From assembly GCF_036321535.1 (NCBI RefSeq), contig NC_087437.1, positions 72,418,001-72,482,000 of the forward strand: a stretch of 64,000 nucleotides of DNA, read 5' to 3'. The notes under the pieces were generated by a model. That model searched no databases and was not told the DNA's origin. It saw only the letters and a list, made by a program, of their open reading frames with translations. This document shows positions 11,919 through 21,400 of this stretch, one piece after another; position 1 is the first letter of the stretch, and each line of letters starts with the position of its first letter. The position numbers were made by a program, and so were the translations under genes. Source of the stretch: Camelus dromedarius (taxonomy: Eukaryota).

Positions 11919-14900
11919 ATTTTGGTACCTCAGATGTGGTAGCACATCAGCCCTGGCCGGTGACAGCTCTTGGATCCTGTCCAGCAGCTGCTTAAGCACC
12001 TTTGTCTCAGGGACAGTCCAGAGTGCTGGCCACTGACCAGGTGCTGCTGGCCCATGGTGCTTTCAATTCTGTGATGAAGGAAACAAAGCTCTGGTTTTGG
12101 TCTGTGTCTGCTAATTGACAGAGATGGACATTCGGGAGTCAACAGGCTTGATGTAGGAGGGTAAGTCGCTTTGATGTGTACAGCAAATAACTCCATTTCT
12201 CTCTACCCTGGGCTTTTTCTCCCCAGAATAAGCCTGTTTGTCTTGTATTGGGGTGGGGTACCCTGCTGGAGAAAGGAAAAATTGTTGGACTTCATTTGTG
12301 AACCAATTCTTTGTTTCTTTGGATGCTAGCATTCAGTTTTGGGGGACACCATTTGTATTTTGTCCTTTTTGTTTTTAACGGATGGAGAATGTGCCTCTGG
12401 GGCACATTTTGGAAAAATGGTCTGATTATAGCTATGAACCTATGATTAAGGAAAAACTAATTTTTTAACACTGCATGGCCACAATATTCTTTAGACTGAA
12501 GAAAATTAGTTAAGATGAAACACTTTTGAAATTCTATAAATGGTTCTTTTTGCATATGCAGTTAGAAAAATCTGGCTTGATAGAGTTTTGTTCTGTTTTT
12601 GTTTTTGTTTTTGTTTTTCAGAATTCTGACCCTGAGAGGACAAAAATATTCCTAGGAGAAACCTTGAAGTTACAACTCTCTATCATGGCCGTGAAATGCA
12701 AACACAGCCCACATTGCCTAAGACACCTGACCTTGAGTTAATTACCAAAACTTCAAACCAAAAGAAAAAAAAAAAAGGAGGGGAAAGAGGCTTCTTTAAA
12801 CTCAAATAAAATAAGCAATTTTAACTTATTCCAACTGTTATTTTTGGTTTTGCGTTTGTCAGATGAATCGCTATGATGTGTAAGGTCATTACTCCCTGTC
12901 TTTCCATTTGCATGTTGTTTGTTGTTAAAAAGAAAGACTTTTGTTTGAGAAAGTTGAACTTGTTGGACTTCACCTATTTATTTTTGGCCCGCAGGAATTA
13001 GATTTTGTTCTTTGTGTGTGTGTTTGCATTTGGCTTGTGGTTAAGTGTGCCCACTATGGGAGATTCAAATTCATTTCCTGAATGCAGCCCCTTCAGTTGC
13101 GTTCCCCAGAACTGAACTGCTTTCAGTTACAAACCAATGAAATGTAAAAAGATGATTTTCCTTTGCAATATGGCCTGGCCATAATGCTCCCTAGATTTAG
13201 GGGAAAAAGTGGCTTATTAACGGATCCCTAAACTATGCTACTATTATACAATTAGAATTGTTTTCAATAGAGAGAGAAAAAGGAGATAAAATTTATAAAC
13301 TAAGAAGTTTTACATTGTAATATCTGATTCATAAATAAGTTTTAAAATGAAACTATGAGATCTCTGTCTGTCCGAAAGTACAGATGTCTATGTGTGATAC
13401 TATGATAAATTATAAGAGATAAAGGGGATAAAAGTTTTTTTAGTGAACCCTTGGGAAGTAATTGTGTTTTAGAAATGTCTACTTAAAAATAATTTTCCCA
13501 GATGTTTGGTAATTTGAAACTTTGGAGTTTTGCAAAGTTAAATTAAATGATAAGAACTCATTGAATGTCTAAATCATTTTTAAGATAAAATAGTAAAACA
13601 TTGATTGCTAGACAAGTCTAAGTTTGTCTTCTTTTGCCTTGTTATGAGAAAAATTAACATGTTTTGGTTTATTAGATACACATCTTGTACCACATTAAAA
13701 AGAGAAATTATACTTTGAGAAAATGTATGCTTTTAGAGGTTATAGACTATGTTAAGTTTGCTGATCAGGAAATACTGGTATAACAGACAGAGTCAATTAC
13801 TTGCTTCTTGGTTTTTGCTAGAGGTTAAGGTTTTTAAGGGTTAAAAATTATAATATATGTAATTAAACTACTAAAATAATAAAAATACATTTCAGTGTAT
13901 AAAAAAAGTAGGATATATGTTGTCAGTGATAGAAGGTATATAGAATGAAAATAATCTGTTTAAGGCAAAAAAAAAAAAAAAAAAAAAAAAGGAGAATAAT
14001 TTTGTCCTAAATCTGGTTGTTTCTGGATGGGAAAAAAAAAATAAATGGGATAAACTAATATGGATACAGAAAGTGATGGAAGGTTTGTAGAAAGGAATCT
14101 TGAGAAAAGGATTTTGTACTTGGTCAGGATTGACTAAGGTTAGATTAAATTTAATTAAATAAATGAATTTTGTTACTAACAGTAAGCTGGTACGAAACTG
14201 ACTTTGGTTTTCTCTGTTAAGAGAACAAAGTTTTCTTGCTATACTGCTTCTGGTAACACATGGGGTGAGTTTCTTTTGAAGCATTTTGTCAGTTTGGTGA
14301 TGTGGAAAAGTATTGTTTCACAGTGATCTATAATTCTATTTGACCAAGTGTTTTGAAACTTTTTAATAGTTTTTGGCAGACTTCCCAAATATCAAATTCT
14401 AATTAAAGTTCTTTGACCTCCAGCTAACTTTGGGATGCTTCAGAAGGCCCCTGAGTCATCTCAGAAAAAAATATTAAATGGACTAGGATTATTTAATAGG
14501 TTAAATTACATAGAAAACATTGTCAAATAATAAACATTCTTAGGTCTTACTGTGTGGGTAAATATCATTAATATAAATGCTCTAAAAATTATATAAAATT
14601 TCTAAAATTTGAATATGTCCTGGTATTATGTTCTCACTTATACTTCTGGTTATTATTTTAATATGTTGTATGGCACAGCAACTTGGTTAAGTTTCTTTAT
14701 CAATTAAATTGTGCTCAGATCTTTGTGCCTTTTTAAGTTTTTCATCATTCATAGACAGTTATTGTTTCACTCTGATGCTTTTGCAAAAGTAATTTATCTT
14801 CAAGAAGAGTCATCAAAAGGACTTTTCAACAGGTACCGATAACTTTCAGATCGTACTGCTGAACTAGGTAAGAAATTTTAAAATTTTGATGGAAACCCTA

Positions 14901-16546
14901 AAGGTTTCGTAAGACTGTTAATAACATTTCAATTACTGTCTTTCAGTCTGCATTTTCCAGATAAAAGGAAACCTCTCCCCTTAAGCTGAATATGATGTAT
15001 AACAACTTGATAAATTATACTTTATAAGTAGAATTGAAACATTTATCTTTTTCTCTTTACCTAATCCCTCCAGAAATGGAAAACTCTTAGGTTCCCAGCT
15101 GCCTAATCAGGTGAACAAGGAAGGTCACCTCCTGACAGATGCAAGAATCTGAAGATATTTTGAGGACCTTGAGAAGAGAGGAATTCACAGGCAGAATCTG
15201 TGACAAGCCCTCGGCATGGCTTTTTAGGCCTTGAGTAATCTTTTAAAAGTTCAGTCTAAGATTAGTTATGAAGAATTCCAGCACAACCAATTTATTATTA
15301 TTATTTTTTTTTACTAATTTCATCTGTTTCTTTTTACTTTTTGTTTGTTTGTTTTGTCTTTTTGAGGCGGGGATGGGAGGTAATTAGGTTTTGTTTATTT
15401 ATTTATTTTTCAGTGGAGGTACTGGGGATTGGACCCAGGACCTTGTGAATGCTAACCACATACTCTACCACTGGGTTATACCCTCCCCACCCTTGGCACA
15501 GCCAATTTAAAAGAGCCTATATGATCAACTAATCAGACTTATTTGGCAAACAAAGTAGTCTTAACTTGGCTATATCTGATAAAAATGAAGGTAATTTTAG
15601 AGAAAAAAGATTATGTTTCAATGGATATTAAATTCTATTTTTGTTAAATAAGGTCAGTAGTTGCTGCCTGAGACTCCCTTTCCAAATAGACCTTTGTTGC
15701 TATGTTATGTTATTGTAAAGTTTAATTAAGTTCTTAAGAAGATATTCTAAGCTTGTTTCTGAAGCTGATCAAGGTAATCTATCTTTGGATGAAGATCAGA
15801 TGGCCCATGAGCTACAACAAGGGGATTATGCATACTGGAAAAAGCATTATTTAAAGGACTGTCTCCAACCTAGATAAAAGGACTCTTGTCAAATATTCTT
15901 AAGTACCTCATACACAGTGAAACTGAAAGAAATTAACTCTTGAATTCATACTTCCCACTTAAGAAGTTCCTCTATATTGGACTGGTCAATAGAAAGGACT
16001 GCTGACCTCAAATAACACCCACAACAAGACAAGAAGATGAGAGCAATGTTAGACAGCTAATGCAAGAATCCACACCAGGCCAGTAAGACCTATCATACTA
16101 ATTTAATTGAACTATTTACTAAATGTTTGTTTCCCTATCAACATTGAAAGTTATTGTTTTACTTCTAGCTATACTATTGCCCCTAGTGTTTAGGATGAAA
16201 AAAAAAATGTCTAATAAAGTTATCACAGAGTGTCACTACTCATGGCATATATCACTGCTTGAAGTCGACTGCTTGAAGCACCTCTACAATGTTTGTGTGA
16301 TGGTTTGGTATAAATGTATAAAATGTTTCCCTGTCAGCATACCTCTGCACTTGATTGTTATGTGTGGTTAGTTTTCCCCCAACATGGATAACTAGGCAAA
16401 TATGTAAACAAAAACAAAAAAGGAGGCCAAGCGCCTAGGGAGATAATGGACACAGGGCAAGCAGCAGCCACCCTGGCAACAAGAGACAAAGATATTGGTT
16501 GTGCTTTACGCTTTCTATCCAACGATTTGCAATCAAAGGGAGAAAA
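11919..16546 (+). mobile_element. Degenerate class I ERV internal region (MER4-group-like, non-autonomous)
   Basis: gag matrix remnants at 12382 (PLGHILEKW..KLIF/NTAWPQYSL) and 13056 (MG..KKMIFLCNMAWP*..GEK/WLINGSLNYATIIQLELF). pol C-terminus at 15812-15967 (LQQGDYAYWKKHYLKDCLQPR*K..VKLKEINS*IHTSHL). Purine tract AAAGGGAGAAAA 16535-16546, then TG. Confidence 0.85.
15295..15495 (-). mobile_element. tRNA-derived SINE of camelid Vic-1 type with TSD
   Basis: Minus strand GGGGAGGGTATAACCCAGTGGTAGAG..GGGTCCAATCCCCAGTACCTCC (A and B boxes), then an A-rich linker, CCTAATTACCTCCC and an A-rich tail. TSD GCACAACCAATTTA 15281-15294 / GCACAGCCAATTTA 15496-15509. Confidence 0.9.
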
Positions 16547-16889
16547 TGATGGAGGAAATTGTCACATATTTAAGTATGGGGCAGTCATTCTGGCTTATAT
16601 TTTACTTAAACCAAAACAGCCCATTTGTGGTCTGTTAAACATGCATTGTTATAGCTGCTCTAACTATTAAAAGAAAAAAATACATTTAGAAATCAGAATG
16701 GAGTATTTATGGTTCAGACATCTAAAATGGAGCTACATGCCATTTTAGACATGATTTTAGACACTTTTTTTGCATTACCGAGAAATTGAGTTTTCCAAAT
16801 AGTATAATACTTAAGGACACCATCAAATCCTCAAAATAATATCTGCCAGCAGCTGCCAACTGCAACCTTATGACCATCATGGTCTCCTC

Positions 16890-17300
16890 TTGTAACAACG
16901 AAAGCTTTCTCTTACTTTAGGAATAGTAGTGGCAAATAAGACAGCTCAAACTATAGCCTCCCAGCAGAAGGCATAAAATTCTTCAGCTAGAATACTGGAC
17001 AATAAAATTGCTTTAAATCATATTTTGACACACACACAAAAACAACATATGTGTAGTGGCCAATAGTTCCAGTTATGTATAATTAATACCCCTGGAAAAA
17101 TTAAAACCAAAACAAAGAATAATTTAAAAAGATTTACTGGATATATGTAAAGAGGAAACACTCCAAAACTTATTTTCCTGTTTCCATCTAAAATAGGACT
17201 ATTTTGGGAAGTACCACAAGGGTGCATTTTGATCATTATCCTCATTGTAATATGTCCACTAATTTTCAAATGTGTGCTCAGATGCTGTGACAAATCAATC
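16890..17300 (+). mobile_element. ERV env transmembrane-subunit remnant
   Basis: RKLSLTLGIVVANKTAQTIASQQKA*NSSARILDNKIALNHIL resembles the heptad plus immunosuppressive domain of gamma-type env. Hydrophobic anchor CILIIILIVICPLIFKCVLRCC near 17220-17290. Confidence 0.75.
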
Positions 17301-17304
17301 AGAG

Positions 17305-17957
17305 AGGTAATAATCCATTAAGTCTACTTCTGGTTTTATATTTGAAGGAAACAACTTCAGTGTCTTCAAGAGATATCTGCACTTCCATAGTCATTGCAGT
17401 GTTATTCATAATAACCAAGATGCAGAAACAATTTAAGTATTCATCAATAGGGGAACAGATAAAGAAAATGAAATATATATAAAATATAACAAACAACATG
17501 AATGAACCTAGAAGGCATCATGCTAAGTGAAAGAAGGCAGACCAAGAAAGGCAAATATTGTATGATATCACTTTTATGTGGAATCTGAAAAAACAGAACT
17601 CATAGAAACAAAGAGTAGCATCATGGCTGCCAGGGACTAAGGGGGGCGAGGGTGGTGGTGGTGGGAAATGAAGAACTGTTGGACAAAGGGTACAAAATTT
17701 TACTTATAAGATGAATAACTTCTTGGAATCTGATGTACAGCATGCTGACTCGAGTTAATAATATTGTGTCGTATACTTGAAATTTGCTAAGAGAATAGAT
17801 CCTAAGTGTTCTGACCACTAAGGTGATGGTTGTTTTAAGTAACTTGATTGGGGTAATTCTTTCAGAAATTATACACATACCAAATCAACACATTGCTTCT
17901 CTTAGATACACACAATTTTATTTGTCAGTTATACCTCAATAAAGCTGGTGGGAAAAA
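17305..17957 (+). mobile_element. L1 3' end (L1MA-like), 5'-truncated
   Basis: ORF2 end and 3'UTR motifs (aacatgaatgaacctagaaggcatcatgctaagtgaaa; tatacttgaaatttgctaagaga), ending tacctcaataaagctggtgggaaaaa. Confidence 0.9.
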
Positions 17958-18882
17958 TATTATCATCAGTAACCCCTATTTTACTTCCCCGGATATTAAA
18001 AACAGCTGACTGATCACACTCAGAAGAATCATTGTATTTTGCCTGTTTGTCCTTGTTTGATTGTTGGATAAAGTTTTATATTTTGAATCATGCATACATG
18101 CAGGAACTTAAAAAACAGGAATAATCTTACTAGTCACAATAATAAAAACAGCATTTAAAAGAGCTTACTTACTCCATAGAGCAAAATATCTTCCTGAGAA
18201 GCTACTCTAACTGCAAACATATGTTTGGTTATTCCCTTTTGTCTGCACTGAGAACTGCAGAACTCTGGGCTTGGAACAACACCGTCCAAACTTTTGATCT
18301 AAGAGATTTGATCAAATTCTAGCACGGCTTCTGCATATTAAGGCTGTGTCCCTAGCATGACCTCAACGCCTCTTAAAATGCCAGTCTGAGAGAGCTCAGT
18401 GCTGCCAGGGGAATTCACTGTCTGTTCCAGGAAAAACTTGATAATAAGCAGATATCCCTGAACCTCCCTGAACAAAGAGCTGAGAATCACCTCTTTGAAA
18501 TGCAAACATTCAGGGACACAACTCTAGCTTTCATTCCCAGTCCCTGTGAAAAATAAGGGCCTAACTTTCATGGTGACCTTGCTCCTCTGCCTCTTGTTAC
18601 AAAAATAGAAGTGTTTTTCTTCTCTAGATAAGCACCAATTAACAAACCTAGTCACATGGACCAACCTCCCTTAATATCTTTCAGAGCCTTTCCTTTAGCA
18701 TATCCTAGCCTTTAAAAAGTCTCCAGCCTTTTGTTTCAGTGAAGTTGCATTTGGTTTCACACAGAATCCATTTCCCTATTGAAATAGTTATTGAATAAAA
18801 TCTATCTTTACCACTTTAACTACTGTCTGGCTTTATTTATCTTTGACAGCATCATCTTAACAGAATAAATTTAATGTGGATT
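17958..18882 (+). pseudogene. Fossil integrase-like frame, part 2: one H2C2-like module split by a solo LTR
   Basis: One frame from 18001: ..ITLRRIIVF..LLDKVLYF..GIIL..KRAYLLHRAKY..; alternate frame LTSHNNKNSI. After the LTR, ILTE../MWI at 18854-18882. Resembles the KRxIRR..DGVLYY..RLVI.S..EK..IL..AH pattern. Confidence 0.45.
18249..18848 (+). mobile_element. ERV1 solo LTR (MER31/MER67-like), 600 bp
   Basis: TGAGAAC...TTTGACA termini, AATAAA near 18794, flanked by 4-bp GCAC / GCAT (TSD with one mismatch). Confidence 0.8.
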
Positions 18883-19751
18883 TGTTACCAAACCAAACTT
18901 GGGTCTGCTTGCCCACATGTATCAAAACCTATCTGAGACAGGAGGGAAGGGGACAGGGCATAGCCACTCAAGGAATGACAGCAATTTAACATCAAAATGA
19001 TGGAAGATTCCACTCTCAGTAGGCCTTGAGGATTAAGAGGTTTGACTTCTAGTAGACCTTGAGATTCATTATATGCTCATTGTAACAGCATGATAAATAA
19101 CATGCTGGCAGGTGCCATGACAGCCCCAAGGCTAACTGCAAAAGGCCAAAGAATGGGCGGTGGCCCAGTTCCTGGGAATCCCAGCCCCTACGCCAGGGTA
19201 GTTGGAATGGTCCCACCTGTAGGTGTGTGAAGCTACTGAGCCCACAAAAACTGGCAACACCACGCCTAGCCGCCGTTTTTCATTCCTTCCTCTTTGGAGA
19301 CGGCCCACACTCTGTCTATGGAGTATGTACCTACTTTTACTTTAACCTGAGCACCCAATTCCCACACCTCTTTCTCTGCCTTACACTCTATGCAGTATGT
19401 ATCTCTCTAAATAAATCTACCTTTACTCAACTGTGGCTTACACTTTAATTCTTCCCTGTGTGAAGCGAAGGACCCACACCTGGCGGGGCACATCCCAGGG
19501 GCTCAACTGAGACCGGGGACACAGCCATCCTCACACCCCACATCCATTTTCCTGCATCGTATCTCCTGACACTGGACTGTGATGAAGGGAAGTGAAGCCT
19601 TTATTGCAAATCCAAGCAAGGAGTATGGGAAGTTAATGTTCAAAAAACTTGACCTCCTAGATGACTTTCAGGGAAAGATTTTTAAAGACAGGGTGAGGGA
19701 GAAGGTTGTGGGGTCCCTGACCAGCTAGCTCATGACAATTATTCTGATTGG
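18883..19751 (-). mobile_element. ERV1 LTR 3' portion, antisense, interrupted by a younger LTR
   Basis: 18883 TGTTACCAAACCAAACTTGGGTC is nearly the reverse complement of the 11896-11918 LTR end. It resumes at 19564 with antisense AATAAA (tttatt) and fades near 19751. Confidence 0.75.
18934..19559 (+). mobile_element. Younger ERV1 solo LTR, 626 bp, TSD TATC
   Basis: TGAGACAGG..CCTGCATCG termini, TATC at 18930-18933 and 19560-19563, AATAAA near 19410, CpGs retained. A related copy is at 59718. Confidence 0.9.
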
Positions 19752-20700
19752 CAAACTTCCAAAAATAAATCACTTTTGCATTTTAATAAAGTTCCTACTC
19801 CACTCGAGGAAAAACATGGTTTACTGGTTAAAAAAAAAAAAATAGAACCCTCAATATTTCTACTTAATTTCTGAAGCTGAAAGAATAAAATCCTTGATTT
19901 TTTAGGTTCTACTCAACTATACTACAGTGTCAATAATCCTAAAAGCTATTCTGTATAATTATATAAATAGACTTACTTTCACTTCTCATTTTTTCAGTCA
20001 AAGAAGAAATTAAATATTGTTTATAGTTCCAAAGAATTTATTTTTGCTTGGGTTGAATCTCACTGACTTCTCTTTTCCCTTTGATTTTGAGACTCAAGCC
20101 ATAGTTAGAATTCAACTTTGCCCTAATAATCTTGACTGAGTGAAAATGGGAACAAATTTAAAAACAAATTTAAAAACTGAAATTGCTTCCGTGAATTATG
20201 ATGGATAGTTAGTGGGAGGGGAGCCATTACTCCCTGAGAAATTTAAAACTATCCTAGCGTCCTACACACATTCCCAATAGTAATGATGTTTCTTTTGTCA
20301 ATGGAACTGAGGATCCTTAGAACATTTCCTCAGCACTCCACTCATCTCTTCATTTATGCAACAAAAGTACATACTGATTTCAAGTGAGAACTGGGAATAA
20401 AGTAGAAGGATGTGTAAGACATGCCCTCTATGTTAAAGGAAGTTTGAGTCCAAGAGAGAAGAGATATGGAGACGAATCTGTGCGAGCATGAGAGGTATAG
20501 TGATGGAAGTACTTATATAACAAGTGTGTATATTGGAGATCAATTTTCTTATCCTTATATAGAGACAAAGAAATGCTGGATTCAGATTTTATTCCAAGAT
20601 TATCTCTGGGCAAAGGTAATGATTTTTCAGAAGGAGTGGCTGCTAATATGTTCAAATTATACGTTTCTTGTGACTTTTTATTTGCCACCAGGACTTTAAA
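19752..20700 (+). pseudogene. Fossil integrase-like frame, part 3: module start, second integrase core and GPY/F-like tail
   Basis: 19816 MVYWLKKKK*NPQYFYLISEAERIK/IL; 19967 IDLLSLLIFS..KYCL; 20046 AWVES; ~20105 LEFNFAL; 20221 EPLLPEKFKTILASYTH/PNSND/LSMELRILRTFPQHST; 20526 VYIGDQ/FLILI*RQRNAGFRFYSK..SGC*YV. The motifs occur in the order expected for a Gypsy/GIN integrase. Confidence 0.6.
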
Positions 20701-20951
20701 AGTTCTGCTCTAATGAGCACTCATCCTTATCAGTATACTACTCTCACTAGATCTGTGTGCATCCACTTGTCTGAAAGGACGCAGAACATAGTCTATCTCA
20801 TTGTACAAAATACACCATCAACTTCTGTCATATTATACACCGATCACTTCATTAATGACATTTTATAAACTATTTTCAGTTTTCCTCTTTAATACAGTTT
20901 TAGAGTTCTCAAGCCTATTATGTGTTTGAGAACTAGATGGAGTAGAGAGGG

Positions 20952-21400
20952 TGTTGCCACCCCTCCCAAATGGCCTTTACCAGCAGTTACATCCCCAGGC
21001 TGTTTTAAGTGCAGACTGCTAACGGCTCACAGCTGCCTATCTGCTCACTTCCTTGGAGAATTGCCCTCAGGTGACGGCTGTCACCTGCTGGGGGAGCTAC
21101 AACCCCCCCCCCACCACCACCACCACAGCCTATGGCCAATGACGGACTGGCTAGTTGATGCTAGGTATGAGAGACCAACCCCTCACCTCAAAGGGGAACG
21201 ACTCTGTGGTGCAGTTTATGCTCCTGTGCACCTCCCACTCCCAGAGATTCAGCCACATGAGGTCCTGTTTACTGCATTTCACTTCCCTCTTCTGCTTCAT
21301 GCTCCTCTTAGGGATTCAGTCTGAGGAGTCCTCCCTCAAGAACTCTTGTGTGTAGGAATCCCTCTCCTAGGCCCCACTCCTAGGAAGTCTGACCCAACCC
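20952..21400 (+). mobile_element. LTR16-like ERVL LTR
   Basis: tgttgcc start; gctaacggctcacagctg, ccttggagaattgccctcag, tggccaatgac, aaggggaacgactctgtggtgcagtttatgctcc; end resembles the LTR16 3' terminus. Confidence 0.75.

Noticed and set aside
15415..15488. tRNA gene
   Set aside because: It is the head of a SINE with tail and TSD, and its stems are mutated.
11515..18848. A single full provirus bounded by the LTRs at 11515 and 18249
   Set aside because: The two LTRs are dissimilar, and the second has its own TSD, so it is an independent solo LTR.
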